From positions 1 through 64,000 of the forward strand of contig JAUCBJ010008555.1 in NCBI GenBank assembly GCA_032718475.1: a stretch of DNA of 64,000 nt, given 5' to 3'. The translations under genes were made by a program, and so were the position numbers. The stretch comes from Nemertoderma westbladi (lineage: Eukaryota > Animalia > Xenacoelomorpha). The notes under the pieces are model-generated. The model saw only the letters and a list, made by a program, of their open reading frames with translations, ran no database searches and was not told where the DNA came from. Shown here piece by piece: positions 37,701 through 49,439 of this stretch. Numbering within the stretch: position 1 is the first letter of the stretch; each line of letters begins with the position of its first letter.

Positions 37701-38884
37701 AGTAGGGAGTCTTTTGACTTTAATAATTTGGTCTGTAGGTTCTATACTACTCAAGTCTGTGCTAGCTAGTTGTCTTCTAACAGCTGGGGGCAAATCAGGC
37801 AATTTGTGACGGTAAGATGTTTTTCTACGCCTGCTTAGATGAGATCTATTTCCTCCGCCTTCAGGATCGGTGGTCTCGCCTTCCTCTGAGGATGTGTATC
37901 CCTGGTGCTTGGGAGTAGATTTTCTCATTATCTGCATTTGACTAGCAGTTAACTGTTTATTTATGTGGTCTTGCGTCTCTTGCAAATTTTCCAACTCCAG
38001 TTGGATAGTCTCCTCAGACGCTCTCCGTTCTGCTTCGGCCACCGCTGCTTTTCTTTCTGCTTCTGCTTCTGCCGCCGTTGCTTTTCTTTCTGCTTCTGCT
38101 TCTGCCGCCGTTGCTTTTCTTTCTGCTTCTGCTTCTGCCGCCGTTACTGCTGCTGCTTTTCTTTCCTCTATCCGTTTTTTCTTTACTTGTTCTTCTTGGA
38201 CTCAGTGAGGCGGAGTTTTTCATCAAACTCAGCTTGGTTAGCAGCTAACATTTCCGCATCGATTGCGTCCAACACAAGCTTGGTTCCTTCACTATTAGGG
38301 CGAAGTCCAGACAGCCATCTCCTCAACTCTTCGTCTCCTAGGAATCGCTGATAGTCTGACAGATAGATGTCAATGGCATCTCTAGTTCGCGGCTTCTCTG
38401 CTGCTGTTAATTCGCTTTCCACTTCGCTTTCCATCTCGCTTTCCACCTCGCTTTCCACCTCGCTTTCCACTTGAGAAGAAGTGGCGTCGGTTGATTCTTC
38501 ATAGGTTGGCCGCTCATCATAAACCGTATCCGCCATCTTCGCTCCGCGTTCGGGCGTCCGCTCAACAGTATCCGAACTACTGGAGCTATCGGGCCGCTGA
38601 GAACTAGGTTCTTGGCTAGGAGGTTGCTGCTGTTTTATAGCTTCTTCTTGATCCCGCTTGACTTGGGCCCGAGTGCCTATGGCAGACCAACGGCGCTTCA
38701 CTAACTTCGCAAATTGCGAAATCTTTTCTACCAACCTAGGTTCTGACACAACCACTGCAGGGGTTGCCCTTCTTACAGTATGAGGGGTTTCAGACCTCGG
38801 TCTGGGATTCTCTACACTTTGATCTGAGAAACAGGCTGTTGTTTCTAGGAGACTATCTGACAGAGTTTGCCTTGTGTCAGCCAT
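34708..38884 (-). pseudogene. gag: Copy 2 Gag-protease with fused RNase H tail and integrase tail remnants
   Basis: ORF pieces 38183-38884, 37086-38042 and 34708-37077; junctions DNDDINSN|VDQWRHC and GAEKLT|QQLNRP; frameshifts at ~38205 and ~37120. Confidence 0.9.
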
Positions 38885-41053
38885 GTTTGATTGTACAGTT
38901 GAATGCCTACTGCTATATTACAGTTAAAGCAAGTCTAGTAATTCAGTATCACCGTTGGCCTAGTGCTATTAATTTATTACAGTATATTAGAATATCAGTA
39001 TACACTTATAATATATATAAGTATTGTAAACTAGTTTTGTCACAGAGTACCGGTATATAATTTTAGCACAAATATATGTAACTATATAATAGGCCTATCG
39101 TGAATACCGGTATGCAGCTTACACTTATAGTATATAAGTATAATTCTGGACTGGAATTAATTACAGAATACCAGTATGATTTCAGCTCAAATTTATAGAA
39201 ATAAATATAATAAGCCTATGGTAAATACCGGTATGTCAATTATTTTAAATAATTGAATTTCTGAATATTTTTTAGGGTTACTTGGTTACTTTAACTTACT
39301 TTGTTACCGTTATTTAAGCAGTAGTCCAACTGATTTTGAGACCTAGTTGTTGTATGGCAGGCCTACTATTTATAAATCGTTTGAGTTGATTTATAATATT
39401 TATATACCCGTTTAAAATGGGTTTTGTCAATACTTGAAATAAATGTTATTATTTCTGGGGGTCACTACACAGAAGCTGTGCACTCTCAGTGAAGTGCTAT
39501 TTATTTGACACTAAAACTGATAATTCTAATTTACCTAAGTTACTTAATACTACAAATTACTTACGATACGGGTGAGATTAATTCTCTACTAAACACAACA
39601 AAAATATATTACGTACGAAATTTTAGGGTAATTTTACAGGGAAACTACAAACCAGTCTAACAAAGGGTTAGATTTTTGGTTATTACAACGGACAGGGTAC
39701 TACGGTATTTGAGAATAATAAGTAGTAGTAAATACACTGCGTTGTCCAGATAGGAAAATACCACCGCCTGACGACCTATAGCCGTATCGCTATAGGTACT
39801 ACGTTATGTATCACGGAGTGTCCCTACCTAGAAGTTAATTACCGCGGACTACCAGATCCAGCGTGCCTATTAACCACTTTACAACACAAATATACTGCCT
39901 ACACACTAATTACTTTCGGAAAGCACTGTACACTAAACCCTAAATTAGGTACAAGTACTGGTACAACAAATAATCAGTAGTTAAATATACTTGAACAGTT
40001 AAGAGCACCACGGCATCTGCTGGAGTGACCAGAGCACAAAGTCACCAGTCTTGTCCTACGCCAAGCAGCCCGTGTAGTACCGGGGTTAATTTAACTATAA
40101 CGGTATGTATAACAAGCACAATTACTGTAGGAATAAACTTGGGGACATGAATGTTGCGAATAATCGCATAAACTCTGAATAATAAATATTACGCTACCCG
40201 TACAGAATACTCAAACAAATACAAACCAAACGCTGGCAGACTACCACCAAGCCTAAATAAACTACCGTACGTGTAGATTCTGAAATGGTTAGTTAGTATG
40301 CGTTCTAACACGGTAGTACGACTTATTCTTTAAGAGGGGATTGACCTTACAGCTATGGCTGCCCCAACTTACTAACAGCACTTTATCAGACAAACTCTAC
40401 ACATGCAGCAATCTCTTCAGACCTAATAATAGCTAGACAACAATCCAGCCTACAAATATCTGAGTAATAACTATTACGGTACCTGAACAGACCACACAAA
40501 CAAACACAGGCCAAAACGCTGGCAGAATACTGTCAAGCCTAAATAAACTACAGTATGTGCAGATTCCAAAACGGTTAGTTAGTATGCGTTCTAACACGGT
40601 AGTACGACTTATTCTTTAAGAGGGGATTGACCTTACACTCAAGTTGCCCCAACTTACTAACGGCACTCTATCGGACAAACTCTACACACGCCGTAATCTC
40701 TCCAAACCCAACAACAATCCGACAACAGTCCGGCCTACAATTATCTGTACAATCTGAGCAGACTTACACGTCTTCAGCTCAATATTAACTTACATGTAAA
40801 TAAAACCGACAGAAATAAGTAAAATCTCAATCAAAAACCAGGGCGGCCGTTCCCTGATTAAGTACTAAGACCTACTGGTATACAATAATCAAAATCGAAT
40901 AATACTAATGTACTTATACTGGAAGTACCGGTTAGGACAGTTGGGCCTACGGACCTACAGAAGTACCGGTTCTGGCAGTTGGGCCTACTGACCTACAGAA
41001 GTACCGGTACTTTCAACTTTACTGCTTACTGCAATAAAGTCAATAACTGTTAT

Positions 41054-42263
41054 TGTACGCGCTTTTGAAGACCTTTAGCAGTTTAACCTGCCAAAATTTA
41101 TATGTCTTTTGGTTTATAAATATACTTTAGAAGATGACAAATATTTTATACCAATAAACACAACATTAGCAGAAGCCAGCCTGGTGCGCGTCCATTCACC
41201 CGCTGGATATACCCGGGGGGCTGGATTCTGAGGGCTTAGATTATTATTGCAGTGAAGCCTACTGTATTATTCGATTGATCATTAATAAATAATTCCTGAC
41301 TAATATTATTCACTTTCGGGAAATATTAACAGTTCCTTTAGGACGTGGCGCTCTATCTAAGTAAACAGAGATATGACTTACACTAATCACAACGGTAAGT
41401 CGGTAAGGCTTATGATTCGCGTATGAGGCGCATTCTTTAGGAAATGCTTAGTTATCAGTCACAATCATGCACACTACCGGTAACACACAATACTGCTCAC
41501 TAATTTGCCGACCGTCAATGAATTTTATCATATATAAAGAGAGCAGCAACGGACCAATGTAGTGCTTATCAAATAGCATTAAATTCACTACAAACCACAA
41601 TAATATAAGTCGCAATCGCTATATATAACCCGTCTCTCTAACCTGTAGTGTATCAAGAAAATTGGGAAATTTGGGTTCTTTATATATGTTCTCCAAATAA
41701 TATTCAACCAAAACACAACAGTAAACAGCATTAAGACGGTAGGTTAAGAGATGATATGACAAGATGTTTCAAGATAACAGTTATACGCTCTATAATCTTA
41801 AGCCTACTAATGTTTCTTCTAAAGTATGAAAACGAATTGATTCTAGAGCCGGTGTTCCTGGCCTAGGAGGAATAACAACACAACAGTATCAAGAAAAAAC
41901 AGCTACTGTCCCTAACACCGTTGCAGGTATCTTTTTACACAGAGAGGAATAGCTCTCATTGGCAGAACACCAGATTCCACAAGTTCCACGAATATCTAAA
42001 TGCCGAACTATCAGGAATTTTGCAACCCTTGGCCAACACACAAAATGAGTCACTCCGCTCGGTTGTCCTGGTTGCATACTCTGCTGCTATAGCTCTGGTT
42101 GGCCGATAGAACATAGCAAAAAGCCCCTCGTACAGCAAATCAGCCAATCAGCCGGTCGCTTTGCATCATTCGAGTTAGAGAGCTTTTTAGAGTATTCCAG
42201 CGCCTGGGGGGAAACTGGATTGCAAAGCAAAAGGGCCAGTTATATCCCACAGAAGCTTTTACA
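41054..42263 (-). repeat. 5' LTR of copy 2
   Basis: TGTAAAAGCTTC...GCGCGTACA on the - strand, followed by ATAACAGTTAT. Confidence 0.95.
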
Positions 42264-42533
42264 TATTCCAAAACGATCATCCTTGTTTGTTGGTTTAATG
42301 AGAACCCCTTGGTTATAACCAAGTCAGTCAAACGGTGGTTGCCGTGGCCATACGTCGAACTCTTTATAATTTAATTGTGGCTGATTAATTTTCATTCCAC
42401 TAGAGAATCAAGAATCGACAGATACTTTCCATAACCCCACACACTGATTGATTACAGTTTAGTAAGTACCACCAATTAATAGACAATGCAATAAGGGACG
42501 ATTGACTAATTGATTGGTATTTACCTGTTGCAG

Positions 42534-42626
42534 ACGATGATGAATGCACTGCTGGAACAGACAACTGTCACGAAAACGCTGATTGCACCAACACTCCCGG
42601 TTCATTTGAGTGTAACTGCCACAACG
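42534..42626 (+). CDS. cbEGF/ShKT gene exon A (internal; no upstream exons found in the window)
   Basis: TTGCAG|...|GTGAGT, phase 1-1; DDDECTAGTDNCHENADCTNTPGSFECNCHN. Confidence 0.9.
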
Positions 42627-43049
42627 GTGAGTTGGAAAATGGATTAGTTAACGATACCGTGTCATAGCCTATACCACGGGTCATTTCAATTAGTCTAAGA
42701 ACAAAATAATTAATAATTATAATAGCAACAAGAATAGTCAGTCCTAAGAAGATAATATTTCTTTAAAAGGTTATCTACAGTAGATCTATTTAATGTTATT
42801 TAATTTTTCCATTATAAAGTTAGCCATAATGCTGAGGTATGGAAGAACATTGTTGGATGTTTACAACCGGATGCTGAAATGGTGAAAACCAGTCAAGATA
42901 TGAGACTTAAGGTATATACCAACAAAGAATTATAGGCTTCACATAGAGAGAGCTAACTGGTGGATCCACAACTTCTACTAAGCAAAGTGGAAAGGGATCG
43001 TCTGCATATACAAATTATAATTTTAATTATAAATATAACTTATTTTTAA

Positions 43050-43661
43050 TATAAACTTCACCATCAACTAAAGAACGTTGTCGAGTTTCAGCATCTTGGG
43101 TCTTTGAGAGAGAGAGCAGCTGAAAAGACATAGAAGTTAGAAAGGCAACGGCTTGGGTAGCTCTATCAAAAATGGATACCATCTGGAAATCAGATCTCTC
43201 CAGGCACCTAAAGACTAAGTTCTTTCGATCCACAGTGGAAAGTGTATTTTTGTACGGGGGTGAGACCTGGACACTGACTAAATCACTTGAACAACGAATT
43301 GATGGTTGCTACACAACACAACTAAGGGCAGCCCTAAACATCAGCTGGAGACAACACATGACAAACGCCGAGCTTTATGGTACAATACCACCTGTATCAA
43401 CCACCCTCCGTGAACGCAGATTAAGATTCACTGGGCACTGCTGGCGAAGTAAAGACGAGGTCATACCAGATCTACTTCTCTGGCAACCAACTCATGGAAA
43501 GCGTAGTCGTGGACGACCTGCCATAACATATATAGATCAACTTGAAAGGGATATTGAACTTGGGAGAAACGAAATTGCGACAACTATGGAGAATCGCGAA
43601 GCCTGGAAGGATCTCATTTCCACTTTTTGGTCAAGCTAGACCTAATAGACGTAGTAGTAGT
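43050..43661 (+). mobile_element. RTE-type LINE 3' fragment in an intron
   Basis: VESVFLYGGETWTLTK, RLRFTGHCWR, RGRPAITYIDQL motifs; (GTA)n tail at ~43651. Confidence 0.85.
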
Positions 43662-43895
43662 CACAATAGAGTTTGTATACTACTTAACGCTTTTTATGTA
43701 CAAAAAACAGTCGGACAAGATCTGAGACAAGTAATATAATTTAATTAATGTAATATAGGTACATAAAGCGTACGTACAGTTATGTTTGAATTGAACATCA
43801 ATACTTTTTAGGTTATATACCCAAACTGATACAGTCCGTTTTAGTATATATACAGATAGACAGATATATACATACAGTGCATCGTAATGATTTAG

Positions 43896-44054
43896 GATAT
43901 GAGGGAGACGGTGTTAACTGTGACAACATCAACGAATGCGACGTGCCATCTCTGAATAACTGCCATGAGTTTGCGGATTGTATCGACGATGAACCGGGTT
44001 ACCACTGCGTCTGCCAAGACGGATACACCGGGGATGGAGTCCATAACTGTGAAG
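43896..44054 (+). CDS. cbEGF/ShKT gene exon B
   Basis: TTTAG|...|GTTAGT, 159 nt, phase 1-1; GYEGDGVNCDNINECDVPSLNNCHEFADCIDDEPGYHCVCQDGYTGDGVHNCE completes the EGF begun in exon A. Confidence 0.92.
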
Positions 44055-46305
44055 GTTAGTATATATACACCGGGGATGGAGTCCATAACTGTGAAGGTTA
44101 GTATATATACACCGGGGATGGAGTCCATAACTGTGAAGGTTAGTATATATACACCGGAGATGGAGTCCATAACTGCGAAGGTTAGTATATATACACCGGG
44201 GATGGAGTCCATAACTGCGAAGGTTAGTATATATACACCGGGGATGGAGTCCATAACTGTGAAGGTTAGTATATATACACCGGGGATGGAGTCCATAACT
44301 GCGAAGGTTAGTATATATACACCGGGGATGGAGTCCATAACTGCGAAGGTTAGTATATATACACCGGGGATGGAGTCCATAACTGCGAAGGTTAGTATAT
44401 ATACACCGGGGATGGAGTCCATAACTGTGAAGGTTAGTATATATACACCGGGGATGGAGTCCATAACTGTGAAGGTTAGTATATATACACCGGGGATGGA
44501 GTCCATAACTGTGAAGGTTAGTATATATACACCGGAGATGGAGTCCATAACTGCGAAGGTTAGTTTATATACACCGGGGATGGAGTCCATAACTGCGAAG
44601 GTTAGTATATATACACCGGGGATGGAGTCCATAACTGTGAAGGTTAGTATATATACACCGGGGATGGAGTCCATAACTGTGAAGGTTAGTATATATACAC
44701 CGGGGATGGAGTCCATAACTGTGAAGGTTAGTATATATACACCGGGGATGGAGTCCATACTGTGAAGGTTAGTATATATACACCGGGGATGGAGTCCATA
44801 ACTGTGAAGGTTAGTATATATACACCGGGGATGGAGTCCATAACTGTGAAGGTTAGTATATATACACCGGGGATGGAGTCCATACTGTGAAGGTTAGTAT
44901 ATATACACCGGGGATGGAGTCCATAACTGTGAAGGTTAGTATATATACACCGGGGATGGAGTCCATAACTGTGAAGGTTAGTATATATACACCGGGGATG
45001 GAGTCCATAACTGTGAAGGTTAGTATATATACACCGGGGATGGAGTCCATAACTGTGAAGGTTAGTATATATACACCGGGGATGGAGTCCATAACTGTGA
45101 AGGTTAGTATATATACACCGGGGATGCAGTCCATAACTGTGAAGGTTAGTATATATACACCGGGGATGGAGTCCATAACTGTGAAGGTTAGTATATATAC
45201 ACCGGGGATGGAGTCCATAACTGTGAAGGTTAGTATATATACACCGGGGATGCAGTCCATAACTGTGAAGGTTAGTATATATACACCGGGGATGGAGTCC
45301 ATAACTGTGAAGGTTAGTATATATACACCGGGGATGGAGTCCATAACTGTGAAGGTTAGTATATATACACCGGGGATGGAGTCCATAACTGTGAAGGTTA
45401 GTATATATACACCGGGGATGGAGTCCATAACTGTGAAGGTTAGTATATATACACCGGGGATGGAGTCCATAACTGTGAAGGTTAGTATATATACACCGGG
45501 GATGCAGTCCATAACTGTGAAGGTTAGTATATATACACCGGGGATGCAGTCCATAACTGTGAAGGTTAGTATATATACACCGGGGATGGAGTCCATAACT
45601 GTGAAGGTTAGTATATATACACCGGGGATGGAGTCCATAACTGTGAAGGTTAGTATATATACACCGGGGATGGAGTCCATAACTGTGAAGGTTAGTATAT
45701 ATACACCGGGGATGGAGTCCATAACTGTGAAGGTTAGTATATATACACCGGGGATGGAGTCCATAACTGTGAAGGTTAGTATATATACACCGGGGATGGA
45801 GTCCATAACTGTGAAGGTTAGTATATATACACCGGGGATGGAGTCCATAACTGTGAAGGTTAGTATATATACACCGGGGATGGAGTCCATAACTGTGAAG
45901 GTTAGTATATATACACCGGGGATGGAGTCCATAACTGTGAAGGTTAGTATATATACACCGGGGATGGAGTCCATAACTGTGAAGGTTAGTATATATAGAC
46001 CGGGGATGGAGTCCATAACTGTGAAGGTTAGTATATATAGACCGGGGATGGAGTCCATAACTGTGAAGGTTAGTATATATACACCGGGGATGGAGTCCAT
46101 AACTGTGAAGGTTAGTATATATACACCGGGGATGCAGTCCATAACTGTGAAGGTTAGTATATATACACCGGGGATGGAGTCCATAACTGTGAAGGTTAGT
46201 ATATATACACCGGGGATGGAGTCCATAACTGTGAAGGTTAGTATATATACACCGGGGATGCAGTCCATAACTGTGAAGGTTAGTATATATACACCGGGAT
46301 GGAGT
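44023..46305 (+). repeat. 42-bp minisatellite (~54 copies) made of the exon B 3' end plus its 5' splice donor
   Basis: Unit TACACCGGGGATGGAGTCCATAACTGTGAAG|GTTAGTATATA; the first unit overlaps the exon. Confidence 0.97.
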
Positions 46306-46376
46306 TATTAACTTATTTCCCAGATTGACAGAACAATTCGTATGATAATAATTTCGTCGGCATTGATATTTTTCAG

Positions 46377-46544
46377 AATGTTACCTTGATCCCGATGTGG
46401 CGCCTAGCTGCTCTACCTTAATGGATTTACCCGGCGGCCAGTTCTGTAGCACCCCTATGGCTGCTCGTATATGTCGAACCTCCTGCGAGATCTGTAGTCC
46501 GTGTCCCACCGGCACCATGCCTTCGGAAGATGGTGGTTGTGAGG
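46377..46544 (+). CDS. cbEGF/ShKT gene exon C (ShKT-like domain plus an EGF-type C-loop)
   Basis: TTTTCAG|...|GTGAGT, 168 nt; ECYLDPDVAPSCSTLMDLPGGQFCSTPMAARICRTSCEICSPCPTGTMPSEDGGCE. Confidence 0.85.
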
Positions 46545-46605
46545 GTGAGTAGCGCGTTTGTGTTCTATTTTCTATTATCACAGTTCGCGCCAGTGGGTAG
46601 CAGCT

Positions 46606-46760
46606 CATGACATTCTTAAGACGCATATAAAAGGACACTGGCCTTGAATATGCGGATGATCTAGCAATTAATTGTCATGGGTGATAGGGAGTTGTGGCGG
46701 CGCAATTTTGTCGACAAGCCGACACAGCTTTCTTAAAAATGCGGCGTGCCGATAGTAGTT
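46606..46760 (+). mobile_element. Short RTE-type LINE 3' fragment
   Basis: Matches ~25349-25510 (AAAGGACACTGGCCTT...GGGTGATAGGGAGTTGTGGCGG...TTAAAAATGC). Confidence 0.75.
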
Positions 46761-48512
46761 GTGGGTAATAGGTACCACAGGGATAATTTTGAGTGGTTCA
46801 ATATTTCTGCAATATAATACTAATATAATAATAATATATTAATCAACGCTATTCTAAATACAAGTAAAGTTAATGACACTCAATATTATAGACACATAAA
46901 AAGTAATAACGAAATTTACGTGAAAAATCTAAAATCCGAGAGTCGTGTATATGTATACTACAGTATAGCAAACGGCTATAATTTCTGCTTGTGTGTAGTT
47001 TTGTATATTTTATAACCTTCGGGGGATTAACATATGGCCAAAGATTGGGTTCAAAAAAAATTTCAAATTTGCGTCGCCCTCTAGCGGCCACCAGCGAAAT
47101 TGTTAATTTCACTAAAAACACTACTAGTCTCACAGTTTTGGGCGAAAATTTTCGAAACTTGGTTTTTCTGAATCAGCATCCTCGGCTCCACAAAACGTAT
47201 CGGTTACATTTTTTATTTAGGTCTTAAATATTTTTTAAATATTATTAACTAATATTAATTATTTTTTAATATATATTAACTAATTTCAAGAAATTAATAT
47301 GGCATCGCGCAATTCAAAATTCCAACCGATAATTGTTGATCAAAACCCGAAGAGAAATCAAACAAAAAAAAATTTCGTAAATTGGTTAAGAAATGGCTGA
47401 GTAGTAGTATTTTGAATGTGAAAATTACAATTCCGAGATAAACGCATTTAATGTATGAACAATATATTTCAAATGTTCCCGCTATTTTCAGTACTGGTAT
47501 CTCCTTTTCTTTTCCCATCGGTTATCCCCTATCCATATTTTGTGATTTCTCAATGGATTTCATAAAATTTGGTTCAAAAAAAACCCTACCCACTTTTAAC
47601 AACCTGTTAAAATAATTTTAGTGTGTTTGCCAAAAACACTTCGCGCAGCACGTGAACAAATTTCATTTTGGCGTATTGATTTGATCGCATACTATTTCGT
47701 CATTTAGTAATAAATAGTCATGGAATAATGAGACAACCTTAAGAAACATTCAAAATTATATAACAATTTCCACATAATTTTATAATAAGCCTTTACACAG
47801 AACATTAAGCTTTGCGCAGCACGTGAAACACTCGCGCAGCACGTGAGACATTTGCGCAGCATGTGAAGGTTTCACGTAGCACTTAAATTCTTCACAAAGC
47901 ACGTTACTTAATCGAGCACCTCGGAAAGCTTTTTGATCAGAATGAGAAGCCTTCGCGCGGCACATGAATTGTTCATGCAGCACAGGAAGACTTAGTTTAG
48001 AAGAGTTTAGTTAAGAATTAATTCTCGGAGCCTGCGAAATTTAAAACAAAATAAGTTATGGTTGTTTCCCACAATTATTATTACTAGCTATTGTTATATG
48101 ATGGTTCACGTTTGTTATTACTAGTAGACAACTAGTCCATTAGACCACTGTTCAATATGTAATAAAAAACTCACAAATATCTATTAAATATATATTAATT
48201 AAAATTTGACGGACACGTTGACAGACAGGCAGACATACAAACAGACAGACAGACAGATAGACAAACTGAGAGACAGACATAGTGATTAGATAATTTCAAA
48301 TATGAAAATAGACGACATTAAGAAAAATCCTAACAGCAAACATTTCAGATTGCTTATTATATGCTCTTTTTAATATTTCGACGGACAGACAGGCAGACAT
48401 ACAGACGGAAAACCAGCCATTACTCGAGAAGTAAAAGAGATCTTGCTAAGCCGTTTTCAGATTTGAAATCCGCATTAAATTATACTCTAGATGAAATAAA
48501 AAAACAAAATAA

Positions 48513-48577
48513 CGAAAATGTAGACCTGGGGGGGGGGGGGGGTACACCCCCCCCCCCCCCCCAGGTCTACATTTTCG
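48513..48577. repeat. Near-perfect 65-nt palindrome with poly-G/poly-C core
   Basis: CGAAAATGTAGACCT-G15-TACA-C16-AGGTCTACATTTTCG. Confidence 0.85.
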
Positions 48578-48628
48578 CCCCCCCCCCCCTTAAATATTTA
48601 CATTACAGTGTTATCTAATTTTTTTCAG

Positions 48629-48796
48629 TATGTAACTTAATACCCGACACCAATCCCACTTGCCAGTTCCGTATCGAGAATACCAACGGTAGAGCGTGCA
48701 TGAGCCCGCGCGCTCAGGAACAGTGCAGAACCAGTTGCAATATATGTAGCGACTGTCCCGCCGGTTACCACAGAAACTCCCTAGACGAATGCGAAG
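48629..48796 (+). CDS. cbEGF/ShKT gene exon D (second ShKT-like module)
   Basis: TTTTCAG|...|GTGAGT, 168 nt; VCNLIPDTNPTCQFRIENTNGRACMSPRAQEQCRTSCNICSDCPAGYHRNSLDECE. Confidence 0.87.
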
Positions 48797-49313
48797 GTGA
48801 GTAGAAACAACTAAGAGAAATAAGAAGCTGTGCTACGGTAAAACCAAAAATACCTAAAAAAATATTGTACGATGACCTGTCATTTTGGTCTATTGACATA
48901 TTGAACCGTGGTATGCACGACACAGCACGAGGAACTTGAGCTCTGACAATTCGCCCTCTAGCGACAGACAGATGAACTGTAAAAGTCTGTAAATTAAAAT
49001 GTAAATGTCAATGCTCGTATGTTACTACTACCAAATTTCAGACGAATCTGATGGTTTGTTCTATAATTACTTATACTTTGACGTTTCCGTCAATACGCCC
49101 TTTAACAGCAGACAGATGAACTATATAAGTCTGCTATGTGTAGAATTTCTAAACTAATAATAGCTGCAGGAACTCGAGCAGAGCTCCAGAGATATAAACA
49201 ATAGAAATTATTACTTGTAGGGGCGCCAGATCATTTCATCCTCTGTTTTGATTTTCGTGAAATGTTCTTGTTATTAAGAATTTGTACAACTTTGTTTGAT
49301 TTACGTTTTCTAG

Positions 49314-49439
49314 ACGACGATGAATGCAGTGACGGCTCCCACAACTGCGACGCCGACCACGCCGATTGTATCAACACCCCCGGGGGATACGATTGCGAAT
49401 GCCACGACGGGTATAGTGGGGACGGAACCCACTGCGATG
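49314..49439 (+). CDS. cbEGF/ShKT gene exon E
   Basis: TTCTAG|...|GTTAGT, 126 nt; DDDECSDGSHNCDADHADCINTPGGYDCECHDGYSGDGTHCD. Confidence 0.92.

Larger units (their letters stand above)
30604..42263 (-). mobile_element. Internally deleted, non-autonomous Bel/Pao copy 2 (11.7 kb)
   Basis: Two 1210-bp LTRs; TSD TATTC (30599-30603, 42264-42268); colinear with copy 1 but lacking RT, most of RNase H, and the integrase. Confidence 0.96.

Noticed and set aside
43892-46311. 266-474 aa repetitive ORFs (VKVSIYTPGMESIT / MDSIPGVYILTFTV)
   Set aside because: By-products of a 42-bp unit. They are not in the exon frame, which hits TAG at once, and are broken by 1-nt deletions.
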